Source of the DNA: a virus
Length of the DNA: 64,000 nucleotides
IMG/VR virus record: IMGVR_UViG_3300034417_000033
Location: 42,908-106,907 of that record
Direction: 5' to 3' (one strand)
Below, piece after piece: positions 1 through 9,999 of the stretch. A program made the position numbers and the translations under genes. The notes beneath the pieces were generated by a model that worked only from the letters and a program-made list of their open reading frames with translations, searched no databases and had not been told where the DNA came from. Position 1 is the stretch's first letter. Every line of letters starts with the position of its first letter.

Positions 1-342
1 AGTTGACAGTTGGCGCCAACCTTTACTTATTTCTACAAAGTCAACTAGGATAGAAAACATTGCGTTAAGCATCACAACTGGCGGCTCATAATACCCAGGC
101 TTTAGCTGTATGTCGACTAAGTGATATCGATGTCTAGGAATGATGCGATACATAAGCCAACGGGCCATTTTTTCACTTCTGATAGACACTGGTAGAAAAA
201 TACGCTTCCTTAAAGTCTTTGTTAAAAAATACCTAAAAGGAGCTTCAGCTCGAAATCGTGCATCAAATTTTTCCCAGCCTTCCATTGTGGTTGTGACAGG
301 ATTAAATTTTAGCCATTGTATAAAATCTTCAGTAAATAACAT
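1..342 (-). CDS. hypothetical protein, partial (runs off window start)
   Basis: Manually translated open frame MLFTEDFIQWLKFNP...PGYYEPPVVMLNAMFSILVDFVE...; sigma70 promoter directly upstream; absent from the ORF track because there is no stop in the window. Confidence 0.75.
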   Translation of the reverse strand, partial: MLFTEDFIQWLKFNPVTTTMEGWEKFDARFRAEAPFRYFLTKTLRKRIFLPVSIRSEKMARWLMYRIIPRHRYHLVDIQLKPGYYEPPVVMLNAMFSILVDFVEISKGWRQLST

Positions 343-364
343 TATGTCTCCGTATAGAACTAAG

Positions 365-393
365 ACTATAGCATCAGTATACTTAAATGTCAA
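365..393 (-). promoter_or_regulatory. sigma70-type promoter
   Basis: TTGACA-17 nt-TATAGT. Confidence 0.75.
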
Positions 394-1496
394 GCCATGC
401 GTATTAAGCCGGGCCTGTAAGAATTAGGGGCAATTTGAGTTAAGACCATATGTCTGTGCCCTGATTTGTTGGACGATATGTGGAACCACGGATTTCTTCC
501 GCCGTATTCCAATATCATTTGATCGCAGTTGATGTCAGCTTTTATTTCCTGTGCTCTGTCCCAAATTTGTTGGGCATTAAATCCGGGGAATTGTATATCG
601 CTTGCTTGTCCCTTGTTGTGCTGACTAGATCCAGATTTTTGGCGATAGCACGAAGTGATTAAAAAGTTTCCGTATTTTGCTCTTACTGCCTCTAATACAA
701 CATTTGCATGATAACATAAATTACTAAGCAATTGCTTTTGCGTTAGTCCTACGATTGCAACAGTGTCACCAAACTCGTATGTACTAACTGCGGTTTTTAT
801 TGTTAGGTCAGCTAAGGTATAATTTGTAGATAACTGAAACGAATTTGCAAATTGTGAAAAACTTGCGTATGGTTGCCCAGTACCTGGGTTAACTGCTGCT
901 TGCCACGTAAAGTTATCTGGCAAGGCGTCAACGTCTGCGCAAGTGTGTGGCGGAGCAGGCGGTTGTTCTGGAGGTGCATCATCTTTCTCTATGGGCTCAG
1001 GAACTTCTACACTGCCAGGTGGAGTAACTGGAGGATCAGATGGATCTTCTGCGCTAGTCTCTTCATCGTCGTGCATTGTAGTGTGGTATTCAAACTCAGT
1101 AGTCTGCATTGTTGCGCCAGGTGGAGGAATAACTAAAGGTGTGCTACTAACAGGACTAACAAATGCAGAATATTTGGGCGTGTTGTCTACCATGTAAGAT
1201 GTACCGCCTCCGCTGTTCACAAAAACATTTGGCGAGCCTGCCAAAGCAAACGAGCCATCTGTTTCTGGACAACTAGTGTAACTAGCACCTAAGTAATTAA
1301 CAAACACATTACTAGAACCTTTCTGTAAGGTACTATCGTGACAACTTTGTCCCTTACAGTGTGTGGGCCATAAATCTGTTTCTCGATGTACGCCAATGTT
1401 ATTTGCAAAGACGTTCGAGCTGGCTTGCACGTTTCCACGAGCTGGCCAACCGTCATGTTCTGTATCTACATCGCCGAGTCGAGTAATTTTTGGCAA
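390..1496 (-). CDS. PAAR (gp5.4-like) spike-tip protein fused to C-terminal peptidase M15 domain
   Basis: N-terminal RLGD..H...SSNVF.N...H.C...H...GSSNVFVN...GSPNVF PAAR pattern; Pro/acidic linker; C-terminal ITSCYR, SQHNKGQASD and WFHIS M15 zinc motifs. Confidence 0.85.
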   Translation of the reverse strand: MPKITRLGDVDTEHDGWPARGNVQASSNVFANNIGVHRETDLWPTHCKGQSCHDSTLQKGSSNVFVNYLGASYTSCPETDGSFALAGSPNVFVNSGGGTSYMVDNTPKYSAFVSPVSSTPLVIPPPGATMQTTEFEYHTTMHDDEETSAEDPSDPPVTPPGSVEVPEPIEKDDAPPEQPPAPPHTCADVDALPDNFTWQAAVNPGTGQPYASFSQFANSFQLSTNYTLADLTIKTAVSTYEFGDTVAIVGLTQKQLLSNLCYHANVVLEAVRAKYGNFLITSCYRQKSGSSQHNKGQASDIQFPGFNAQQIWDRAQEIKADINCDQMILEYGGRNPWFHISSNKSGHRHMVLTQIAPNSYRPGLIRMA

Positions 1497-1814
1497 TTAA
1501 GTGATAATTCCTGGTTTAGTAACAAGTACAATTTTAGAAATGCTGCGCTCGTAATCAGCTTGCAATTCTTTTGGCAGCAAGAAGTATGTAACAATGCTTG
1601 ATCTACTAATAGGTAAATCTGCTTCGCCAGCACTAAACAATGGCCAGTGGCCTAATTGTATTCCTGCTTCACCTTGCATTAAAGTCTTAGGGCTTTGTAA
1701 AATTAAGTCTGTTCTATCAACAGAAACAATCTTTGCAAAAATTTCATCGCCAGTAAATAACTTGAATCCGAAAATTTTGCCTTCTTCTAACATCATATTT
1801 TTATCTTGCAGCAT
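1497..1814 (-). CDS. hypothetical protein, possible Sm-like fold
   Basis: FKLFTGDEIFAKI pattern typical of small phage beta proteins; translationally coupled to neighbours. Confidence 0.55.
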   Translation of the reverse strand: MLQDKNMMLEEGKIFGFKLFTGDEIFAKIVSVDRTDLILQSPKTLMQGEAGIQLGHWPLFSAGEADLPISRSSIVTYFLLPKELQADYERSISKIVLVTKPGIIT

Positions 1815-2038
1815 TACATATTTACCTTTTTAACAAGTTCGGGATATCCACCAACGTATTCATCATTTATAAAAATTTGTGGAACTGATCGAACTGGAAC
1901 TGGACAAATATCCATTAACTGCTCTCTTGTAAGATCAACCCCTACTTTTTTATATTGAAAGGAGACACCTTTCATTTCACATAATTTTTTTGCTTGTTCG
2001 CAAAACGTACAATTATCTTTACCATAAATTACTACCAT
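1814..2038 (-). CDS. glutaredoxin (NrdC-like)
   Basis: CTFC active site, SVPQIFI, YVGGY; next to RNR genes. Confidence 0.93.
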   Translation of the reverse strand: MVVIYGKDNCTFCEQAKKLCEMKGVSFQYKKVGVDLTREQLMDICPVPVRSVPQIFINDEYVGGYPELVKKVNM

Positions 2039-2049
2039 TAATTTTCTCC

Positions 2050-2268
2050 TTATACATTTCTAAATTTTACGGGTGTTACGTGGCACATTTTTATCTGACC
2101 AGCTTCAAACATTGCTTGCGATGCTGTCATTTCAGCATCAGAAACACAAAACTGCCAAGTGTTAGATACTGGTTGATGCACAAATGTTAAACATAAAACT
2201 TGCCCATCAGATAAAGGCAACAATATTTGTTTTGACGGTTTAATATTCCCACGGTTATGTTCTTCCAT
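2050..2268 (-). CDS. hypothetical protein
   Basis: ORF with strong RBS (GAGGAGG) inside the operon. Confidence 0.6.
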   Translation of the reverse strand: MEEHNRGNIKPSKQILLPLSDGQVLCLTFVHQPVSNTWQFCVSDAEMTASQAMFEAGQIKMCHVTPVKFRNV

Positions 2269-2277
2269 ACTACCTCC

Positions 2278-3378
2278 TCAGAGATCAGGTAATTCATCAG
2301 AGTCGATGTCCCCTGACATAACTCCTATTACATAGTTTGTAGATTCACTTTCTTGTAACGCGGTTTGTTTTTTATTAATATTTAAATGTCTGTTAAACCA
2401 AGGGATAGGCGATGTTTTGGGATGATCATTTAAATACTTGATGCCAATGTCTTTTAGTTTTGTAAACGCAGTCCAATCGACAAAGTCACGCAAAATGTTT
2501 TCATTCAATCCAATCACAACACCTTTTTGGAACAAATAGTTTGCCCAAGATTTTTCTTCTTCAATTACAGACAAGTACATTTGGTATACTTCTTCCGCAC
2601 ACTCTTTTTCTAAGTTAGCAAAGTCAGCATCGTCTTTAGTAACGTTATTTATAAGCCAAGCAGTCCATTCAGTGTGTAATAGCTCATCTTGTAAGATCAA
2701 ACTAATGATATTACCGTTACCAATAAAGATTTTGTTTTCTACCATAGCAAGGCTTGTCGCAAACGAAACCATAAAACGCAATGCTTCAAGAGCATAGCTT
2801 GCATGTAATGCTAACCAAATTGCTTTCTTATGTTCGTATGTATCTACAGCAATACCTACTTCTACTTTACAGTTAAGCAAATGCAAAGCATCGTAATACT
2901 CACCGATGTTTGCTGCCATCGACACAATTTCTTGTGTGTCGTGGATAGAATCAAACACATCTTTTGGCACGCCATAAATATTTCTAATAATGTGACTGTA
3001 CGACTTAGAGTGAATGTTGCTTTCAAACATTGACCAGATAGAAACAAGTGATTCTAATTCTGGAACTGAACAAACAGGTGTAAATATTTGTGATGGTGCT
3101 TTACCTTGCACAGAATCCAATGCTGTTTGTCTTAACAAGTTAGCAGTGAACATGTGCTTGATTGCGTCTGATGCTTCTTTAAAATCAATTTTATCTTTTG
3201 TTAAACTAACTTCTTCTGGAACCCAAAAGAAGCCACGTTGCATTTCTTCAAACCTTGCAAGTTTAGGATAACGATATTCTTCGAAACGCTGAACCGTTAC
3301 CGGTCCGGCTGGATCTAGAAACATTTTCCTATTCAAGTAGTTTGTTGGTGTAGCTAAATTATATTGGTACTTACTCAT
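2278..3378 (-). CDS. nrdB: ribonucleotide reductase class Ia beta subunit
   Basis: FFWVPEEV, LDSVQG, ESNIHSKSY (radical Tyr), EALRF, DELLH; likely start MSKYQY overlapping the nrdA stop (ATGA). Confidence 0.96.
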   Translation of the reverse strand: MSKYQYNLATPTNYLNRKMFLDPAGPVTVQRFEEYRYPKLARFEEMQRGFFWVPEEVSLTKDKIDFKEASDAIKHMFTANLLRQTALDSVQGKAPSQIFTPVCSVPELESLVSIWSMFESNIHSKSYSHIIRNIYGVPKDVFDSIHDTQEIVSMAANIGEYYDALHLLNCKVEVGIAVDTYEHKKAIWLALHASYALEALRFMVSFATSLAMVENKIFIGNGNIISLILQDELLHTEWTAWLINNVTKDDADFANLEKECAEEVYQMYLSVIEEEKSWANYLFQKGVVIGLNENILRDFVDWTAFTKLKDIGIKYLNDHPKTSPIPWFNRHLNINKKQTALQESESTNYVIGVMSGDIDSDELPDL

Positions 3379-5681
3379 AAAACACACGCCTCACATTGTT
3401 CTTCATCTTCAAATTGTTCTAACACTGTGCTTACTACTGCATCAGCTTCTTTTGCCCCTGACTTGTTAATTAAAGAATAGTACATTGTCTTTAATCCCCA
3501 CTTGTGTGCCAACATCAAGTTCTTAGCAATAAGTGTTGCTGGAACTTTTCTTTCTGGGAAGAAAGCAGGGTTGTAAAATGTATTAGTGCTCAAGCTCTGA
3601 TCTACATACGCTGCAATTACTGCTGCTGTTTTTAAATAACTAGAGCAGTCCATTTGTTCCCACATAAGTTGATAACGGTTTTTCAAACGTCTATACTCTG
3701 GAACAACTTGTACAAAACTACCTGCTTTAGATTCTTTAACGGAAATCAATTCCATTGGCATCTCAATTCCGTTTGTAGAATTTAATACCACTGACGAACT
3801 TTCAACTGGAGCAACAGCCATCAATGTTGCATTACGGATACCATACGTTAACAACATTTTACGCAAGGGTTCCCAATCCATCGACGGTGTAAAGTCAGCA
3901 AGTTCATTAACACCTTTGGATCTACGTTCCCATGGGAACACACCTTTGCCATAATACGTGTCTGCGCTGTTTTTACATGCGCCACGTTCTTTAGCAAGTT
4001 CGACACTCATTTCTGTTAAGTAGTATGCTTGGTGTTCCATCCATTTCTTAACTTCTGCCAAACTGTCTTTTTCGCCATATTTAAAATTACGACGTGCATG
4101 CCAGTATGCAAGGTTTGTGATACCGATGCCAAGCGGCTCAAATTCCAAATTAGCCAATTGGCTTTGCACTGACAAGAAGTCCTGATAGCTAAGTAAGTTA
4201 CTCAGGCTACGCACAAGGATACGACATGCTTTACGCATTTCTGCTGGATTACGGAACGAACCCCAGTTAATAGAACCAAGTGTACACAGTGCAATTCTTC
4301 CTTTAATATCTTCAATACGTTGGAAGGGAATTGTTGGCAACAGGATTTCTTGGCACAGGTTAGATTGATAAATTGGGTTAACCATTGTATCAAACGGTCC
4401 TTGATTAATAACGTTATCTACGTTAACAAGATAAATTCTGCCTGTGTCAGTTCGTTCTTTAAGAATTCCTTGTTTGAAGATTTCTTCTGCAGGAATAACT
4501 TTTTTCTTAATGCCTTTCTTGTGTTCGTACTCTTCATACAATTTGTCAAACTGTTCTGTGTTGCGATAGAACGCTTCGTACAAATCTGGAACTTCGCTTG
4601 GATCAAACAAAGTGATGTTTTCTTTGTTTTTAAATCTGCGCCAAAAGAACGCGCTAAGTACAACAGAATAATCCATTTGTCTTACACGAGTTTCTTCTGT
4701 ACCCTGGTTGTTCTTTAAAACAATCAAGTCTTCAAACTGTAAGTGCCAAATAGGGAACGTAACTGTACAGCTTGCGTTACGAATACCGCCTTGCGAGCAC
4801 GAACGTAAATCACCAAACCATTTCTTTAAGAACGGAATGAGACCTGTGTGTTTAATTTCGCCATTTCTAATAGGAGATCCAACTGGACGAATGCGACCAA
4901 TCTCAAGACCAATACCAGCACGTTTAGAAGCATACTTAGCCATCATCTCGCCAGAAGCAAAGATGGAATCAAGTGTGTCATCAGACGAAATTAATACGCA
5001 AGACGAAAACTGCTTAGTTGTTGTTCCAAGGCCTGCCAATACTGGTGTTGCAAGTGTAAACTGGCCTGCGCTTGCGCATTCATAATACTCTTTTACTAAT
5101 TTTAATCTCAGGTCTTTAGATTCATTGTGAAACGCTGTTGCTGCCGCTAGTGCATAACGAACTTGTGGCGTTTCATAAATTTGACCAGTTGCTCTATTTT
5201 GCACAAGATATTTTTCTGCAAACTGTGCAATAGCAGCGTATGTGTAATCTTCATCTTTAGAGTGATCAATAAAGAGATCAATTATTCCCCATTCGTCTTC
5301 TGTGTACCAATCTAACAATTCTGATGTATATACACCAGCAGCCACATTCGTGTTTACAATGTCAAATAGTTTTGGGGGCGTGTACGTCCCATACACTTCT
5401 TTTCTGAGCATAGACACTTTTTGTCTGCCAGCCACATACTGGTAGTTAGTGTTGTTTATTTCTGGATTTTCTGTCTCGTCAATCAAATCAACCATCGCCT
5501 TTAACAAAAGCTCATCGATAGTTTTTGTGCTCATCCCTGTATGGATTTCGATTTGTGATTTAATTTCAATCATTGAAGGACTTACACCTTCAATACCTCG
5601 ACAAGCGTTTGCTACTTGACGTTGTATTTTAGAAATATCGAGAGGTACCCGTTCACCGTTTCTTTTAACGACTGTAATCAT
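3375..5681 (-). CDS. nrdA: ribonucleotide reductase class Ia alpha subunit with ATP cone
   Basis: VVKRNG ATP cone, QFSSCVL, SNLCQEI, CTLGSIN, TMYY, C-terminal CEAC. Confidence 0.97.
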   Translation of the reverse strand: MITVVKRNGERVPLDISKIQRQVANACRGIEGVSPSMIEIKSQIEIHTGMSTKTIDELLLKAMVDLIDETENPEINNTNYQYVAGRQKVSMLRKEVYGTYTPPKLFDIVNTNVAAGVYTSELLDWYTEDEWGIIDLFIDHSKDEDYTYAAIAQFAEKYLVQNRATGQIYETPQVRYALAAATAFHNESKDLRLKLVKEYYECASAGQFTLATPVLAGLGTTTKQFSSCVLISSDDTLDSIFASGEMMAKYASKRAGIGLEIGRIRPVGSPIRNGEIKHTGLIPFLKKWFGDLRSCSQGGIRNASCTVTFPIWHLQFEDLIVLKNNQGTEETRVRQMDYSVVLSAFFWRRFKNKENITLFDPSEVPDLYEAFYRNTEQFDKLYEEYEHKKGIKKKVIPAEEIFKQGILKERTDTGRIYLVNVDNVINQGPFDTMVNPIYQSNLCQEILLPTIPFQRIEDIKGRIALCTLGSINWGSFRNPAEMRKACRILVRSLSNLLSYQDFLSVQSQLANLEFEPLGIGITNLAYWHARRNFKYGEKDSLAEVKKWMEHQAYYLTEMSVELAKERGACKNSADTYYGKGVFPWERRSKGVNELADFTPSMDWEPLRKMLLTYGIRNATLMAVAPVESSSVVLNSTNGIEMPMELISVKESKAGSFVQVVPEYRRLKNRYQLMWEQMDCSSYLKTAAVIAAYVDQSLSTNTFYNPAFFPERKVPATLIAKNLMLAHKWGLKTMYYSLINKSGAKEADAVVSTVLEQFEDEEQCEACVL

Positions 5682-5709
5682 GTATTGTTTACCTTATTAT
5701 TATTATATG

Positions 5710-6159
5710 TTAGACTATTTTGGTAACTTCTTTTGTAAAAATTTCCACAGTCTTAATATCTTTTTTGATTTTTTCTAAAGTGGCGATGTCGCCATGATAG
5801 TAATTGATAACGTATTTATTATCAAAAACTACAACCAGATAGCGATCCTGGTTATCATCTATCAAGTGAAGATGCAGCTTTTCTCTCTCCACATCTGCTA
5901 AAATTACATACAGTGTATGGAAGATTAGTAGTGCCGCAGTGTTCTTACAGAACAAACTATCTATTAAAATTTCCCAAGGCGTAGGCCAAGTTTGCGGAGT
6001 ATAAAAATCTATAGACCTTGCCCCCATCGGGAAAGATCTAAAGAAATTTGCGGTTTGTTGTAATTGGTCTATCTGTGGGAGATTAGAAAGTTCTTTTCTT
6101 AGGTCTCTCCATAATACTATTCTTTTATCTACAGGAGTATTATTCCAATCAATTATCAT
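5710..6159 (-). CDS. hypothetical protein, possible degenerate transglutaminase-like (BTLCP) fold
   Basis: WPTPWEIL...FC...FHTL pattern. Confidence 0.45.
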   Translation of the reverse strand: MIIDWNNTPVDKRIVLWRDLRKELSNLPQIDQLQQTANFFRSFPMGARSIDFYTPQTWPTPWEILIDSLFCKNTAALLIFHTLYVILADVEREKLHLHLIDDNQDRYLVVVFDNKYVINYYHGDIATLEKIKKDIKTVEIFTKEVTKIV

Positions 6160-8017
6160 CGAAACTTTTCCATCTGCGAGCGATGACTTTCATAATTACA
6201 GGAGCGCCAAACTGATGTCTGTACATTACTGATACTACTTTAGTCACAGCATCGTATGAAGTTGAAAATTCAACATCAGGAGCAGTTGGACTATCTGTGT
6301 TTAACACAGTGTTGTTTCTAATTTCAACTGACTGATCCGACAACGTAGACTCTGACCCAACAATTAACGGGTTACAAACAACAGTCAACTTTCCAGCTTG
6401 TTGGAAATCTGGGCCGGAGTGCAAGCTGTATTCCATAAACTGTATGTCCGAAACAATTATTGAATATTCTAATGGTAAAGAACTAGAGTCTGACTGTGCA
6501 GGATTTTGAACTTTTGTAAATATTGCCGATGCTGGCAGTTCATAAGTATACACTGCGTCATACAGTGTGTCTGGAGATACACCAGCAGTTGTTAATTCAG
6601 TAATAATCTCTACGTTTTGCTTTGTTGTAACATACCCTTTGTCGTAATTACTCAAGGAGTTAATTAATGCAGCAACGTTGGACGATTGTCTAGGTGTTGT
6701 TAAGAATAAAAACCCATTAATCATTTTGTTTCCGAACGGATTCAAATTGAAGTTATCTGGATTCCCTAAAGTTCCAGAACCAAAACTGTCAAGTTTAGGG
6801 TTTGTTATAGTATCAGCGCCTGACAATGCCGCTGTGTTCATATAGTTAATAAGGAATTCAAGTCTACCATCTATTGCAGCAGAAGTGTCATCCGGGCCAG
6901 ACAGCGATGTGTTACTTTCAGGATATTGTGATCCGCCAACACTGTCGCCCAAACCAACATCATATATAAAAGAATACAACGAGTTCGATAGTGGTGCTTG
7001 TATTACAACTGTTGCAGTTGTATACCCAGACCCAGTGTTTACAGGTGTAAATCCAGTTACAAACCCAGTGTTTAAATCTACTATCGCAGTAAATTTTGCG
7101 TTGATGCCGTTGCCCACAATAGTAACTTCTGGAGAGCCGCCATAATATGCGCCTGGCGTCAATAGTGTTATGGATTGAATTGATCCAGAAACAATGTTAG
7201 CCGTTGCAGTTGCAGTTATAGCAGACTGGGTTGGAGCAGTCAACTCCACCACAGTATTAATGTCGTATCCAGTACCAGGATTATTGATTGTGAATCCAAT
7301 TACGCGACCTTCACCATCAGATGAAATAATTGCTGTTGCAGATGCACCTGACCCTGGAATTGGGCCGCCGCCATAGTTAGAAATAGTAACGCTAGGAGGA
7401 ACAAGATATCCCAACCCAGCGTTGTCAATAATAAACCCTGTAATAGCGCCGGCCGTTACAACTGGAGTTACCTCTGCTTGTGTTTCAACAGTTTCTGTCC
7501 AATCGTATGTTATTAGCGTGCCTGGTCTAAAATCTTCGTAGGCTGAAGTTCCGTGACGAGCGCCATACTCAACAGATGCTAACACTACGTCGTTTAAATC
7601 TCTAAGAATAGTAATGTTTTGCTCTAATGCTGTTACCACATCTCTATTCTGTGGGTCAACAAACACAGAAGATGGAATTAAACCTAATTGCTGAAGAAGA
7701 TCAGATTCGTTTGCTTTGGTGTTCACGTCTTGAATAAGTTGCACTGCATTGTACAGACGTCTTTTCTTAGTAACGAACTGGAGTATTTTGTAGTTGATAA
7801 TGCCCTGAACAATGTTCTGTCCATTAAGAACTTGTCCCTGGAATAATTCAATACCAGAGATTGCATCTTGTGCATCAAGACCGATGAAGAGTTGCTTAGT
7901 ATCAAGACACCAGCCAAGTTCACCTGGCTCTAAAGGTTGTGGGAGATTTACTCTATTACCACGACGGTTTTGTATTCTTGCTACGACAATTTTACTAGAA
8001 GAAAAATCAGTTGCCAT
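6149..8017 (-). CDS. virion structural protein with internal GxGY beta-repeats
   Basis: N-terminal RIQNRRG..LPQPLEPGELGWCLDTKQLFIG (fibre/structural N-terminal motif); four GxGY-type repeats; late promoter upstream. Confidence 0.7.
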   Translation of the reverse strand: MATDFSSSKIVVARIQNRRGNRVNLPQPLEPGELGWCLDTKQLFIGLDAQDAISGIELFQGQVLNGQNIVQGIINYKILQFVTKKRRLYNAVQLIQDVNTKANESDLLQQLGLIPSSVFVDPQNRDVVTALEQNITILRDLNDVVLASVEYGARHGTSAYEDFRPGTLITYDWTETVETQAEVTPVVTAGAITGFIIDNAGLGYLVPPSVTISNYGGGPIPGSGASATAIISSDGEGRVIGFTINNPGTGYDINTVVELTAPTQSAITATATANIVSGSIQSITLLTPGAYYGGSPEVTIVGNGINAKFTAIVDLNTGFVTGFTPVNTGSGYTTATVVIQAPLSNSLYSFIYDVGLGDSVGGSQYPESNTSLSGPDDTSAAIDGRLEFLINYMNTAALSGADTITNPKLDSFGSGTLGNPDNFNLNPFGNKMINGFLFLTTPRQSSNVAALINSLSNYDKGYVTTKQNVEIITELTTAGVSPDTLYDAVYTYELPASAIFTKVQNPAQSDSSSLPLEYSIIVSDIQFMEYSLHSGPDFQQAGKLTVVCNPLIVGSESTLSDQSVEIRNNTVLNTDSPTAPDVEFSTSYDAVTKVVSVMYRHQFGAPVIMKVIARRWKSFDDN

Positions 8018-8054
8018 TTAAATGTCCCTGTGTTGTATCTTATATTTATGACTT

Positions 8055-8720
8055 TTATAAGGTGTTTTTATAATAATTGTAAACTCTTTCAAGCCACATA
8101 TCTTTATACTTGTGGTATTCCGAGCCCTCAATGACAAATTCCTGGTATGCTCCTTCTCGGGACATCATCAAGATTACGCCAGTTTCAATGTTTGTGCCAA
8201 ACAGCGCATTATGTGCTTCGCCATATGCACAAAGTTGCAGCTTGTAATCTTCAACCCACTCATCTTTTTTGGCGCGGCGGGCGTTTTTATAATCTATAAT
8301 GGCAGGCTTATGTTTCCATTTGCCAACCAAGTCAGTTGTACCTGCGAAAAGCTGGGGATAGTAGACTGTTGCCTCAATCCCCCAAATTTCCGTCACATGC
8401 TTAAGACCCTTTCGGATAATAGTATCAGCAAACATCTTCGATATTAACGGTCCAGTTCTCTCTGGTTTATCAAGCAAAAAGTTTTCTAAATTAGAATGAA
8501 GATGCGTTCCGATGTTTTGGGCTTCTTCTGTAATTCTTTTTGCTTCATCGTCGCCTACACGTTCCCTCCATTGGTCAAGAAAAGAAGTGTCTTTTCCATA
8601 AGAAAGAATTGTAGTGACTGAAGGTAATTTATATCCGTCTTGTGTATCGTAAAAGCGAATGCCGTTGTTCTCTATTCGCTCTAATTTTTTATAATTGTAT
8701 AAGTTGAGCATCTTATTCAT
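8055..8720 (-). CDS. PD-(D/E)xK exonuclease (RecB/Cas4-like superfamily)
   Basis: LPSVTTIL, GTHLH, FAGTTDL, IIDYK, QLCAY. Confidence 0.88.
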   Translation of the reverse strand: MNKMLNLYNYKKLERIENNGIRFYDTQDGYKLPSVTTILSYGKDTSFLDQWRERVGDDEAKRITEEAQNIGTHLHSNLENFLLDKPERTGPLISKMFADTIIRKGLKHVTEIWGIEATVYYPQLFAGTTDLVGKWKHKPAIIDYKNARRAKKDEWVEDYKLQLCAYGEAHNALFGTNIETGVILMMSREGAYQEFVIEGSEYHKYKDMWLERVYNYYKNTL

Positions 8721-8725
8721 ACCGT

Positions 8726-8754
8726 AGTATAGCTTAAGATGCTGGGTATGTCAA
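8726..8754 (-). promoter_or_regulatory. sigma70-type promoter (probably leaderless transcript)
   Basis: TTGACA-17-TATACT; ATG 6 nt below the -10 box. Confidence 0.8.
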
Positions 8755-8766
8755 GTGTTTTCTACA

Positions 8767-9657
8767 TTACCACTTAACAGTCCACTGAAGTGTGGTTCCT
8801 GTCGATGGGTTTTCTGCAAGTGTAATGCTGTATCCCAAGTCAGTGAAATGCTTTTTAACATAATCTATTTGGTCTTGGATGATAGGGTCTTTAGAAGTCC
8901 CTGCAACAACATCGTAATAAGGATACGAATCAGGCTTAGCATCGTTGTTAAGATCCTGAGGTGTTGTCATTGGAGTATTTACGTCAACTGTTACAGGAGA
9001 TGTGTTTGTGTACAATTTTGTATACAACAAGCCAGTTTCAGTCGATAACACAATTCCCCAAAGTAATGGATCCATACCAAGGTCAACATCAGTGGATTGT
9101 ACTACCCATCCAGTGTTTGCTTGAGTTCCCTCTGTTACATACACTGCTGCGTTCGGAACGTCAGTGTCGAGATTAAAATCAACTACTCTTGCCCAACCAA
9201 ACTCACTAGCAGCGAAAAGGCCGTTTTGTTCAGGACGTGTTTGGTTCTTAACTAACACTCTATCCTGATCGACAGTTTGAATTCCGTCAATTACAAGTAA
9301 CCCGCCAGTTATAATATCTATATCAGCGGTAGTTGCAAGACGAACAGGAGTATGCCATGTAATGCCGGATGGTGACGGGGAAACCCAAACATCGCCTGCA
9401 TTAGGATTAGCAGGAGATATTGTCTGAACATATACTGTCCCATTAACATTTGTTTTAGGAACTGCAACAGCAACCCAAGCATATGTAGCTGGTGTTGACG
9501 ATGTCATATGTGGAACTAAAGTAGAACGCTTATGCAAGTCTATTTGCACTAAAATTGATTGTTGAATCGCACAAATCTCTTTAAAGATTACAGCATAATC
9601 TCTAGAGCTAATCTTAGCATCTGATGCGGGTAAAAAAGAACTTGAGTCGCAGGTCAT
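8767..9657 (-). CDS. virion protein carrying a tail-fibre-type domain
   Basis: VRLATTADI...IDGI....DRVLVKNQT..EQNGLF...W.R motif of phage tail fibre proteins. Confidence 0.7.
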   Translation of the reverse strand: MTCDSSSFLPASDAKISSRDYAVIFKEICAIQQSILVQIDLHKRSTLVPHMTSSTPATYAWVAVAVPKTNVNGTVYVQTISPANPNAGDVWVSPSPSGITWHTPVRLATTADIDIITGGLLVIDGIQTVDQDRVLVKNQTRPEQNGLFAASEFGWARVVDFNLDTDVPNAAVYVTEGTQANTGWVVQSTDVDLGMDPLLWGIVLSTETGLLYTKLYTNTSPVTVDVNTPMTTPQDLNNDAKPDSYPYYDVVAGTSKDPIIQDQIDYVKKHFTDLGYSITLAENPSTGTTLQWTVKW

Positions 9658-9668
9658 TTATATCTTCC

Positions 9669-9998
9669 TCAATTAACTGCTTTTTGGGCTAAATCCGAAA
9701 CCATATCACTGCTGCTTTGGCCATCGCCACCATTATCGCCGCCCATCGAAGAATCTTCTTTAGCTCCCAACGTAACAGACTTTTCATTTGCATCTGAAAC
9801 AAATGGGCTGCTTTGTAAAACAGGAATCAAAGATTCTGCGTCTGCATTAAAGCCCATTTGATTAAGTTGCTGACAAAGTTTACTTGTGTCTATTTCAGAA
9901 ATGCCATTTGCTTTTAATGTTGCAAGCAGGTCAGCCAGGGCTGACTCTACTTTATTAGTATAGTCATTCCCTTCCTGTAATATTTCGTGTGCTCGCAT
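9669..9998 (-). CDS. hypothetical (putative head-associated) protein
   Basis: Likely start MRAHEILQE, immediately after the upstream stop. Confidence 0.6.
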   Translation of the reverse strand: MRAHEILQEGNDYTNKVESALADLLATLKANGISEIDTSKLCQQLNQMGFNADAESLIPVLQSSPFVSDANEKSVTLGAKEDSSMGGDNGGDGQSSSDMVSDLAQKAVN

Positions 9999-9999
9999 C

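Noticed and set aside
2278-5681. Introns or inteins in nrdA/nrdB (also checked terL, helicase, uvsX)
   Set aside because: Frames are continuous and of normal length, with no intein or homing endonuclease motifs.
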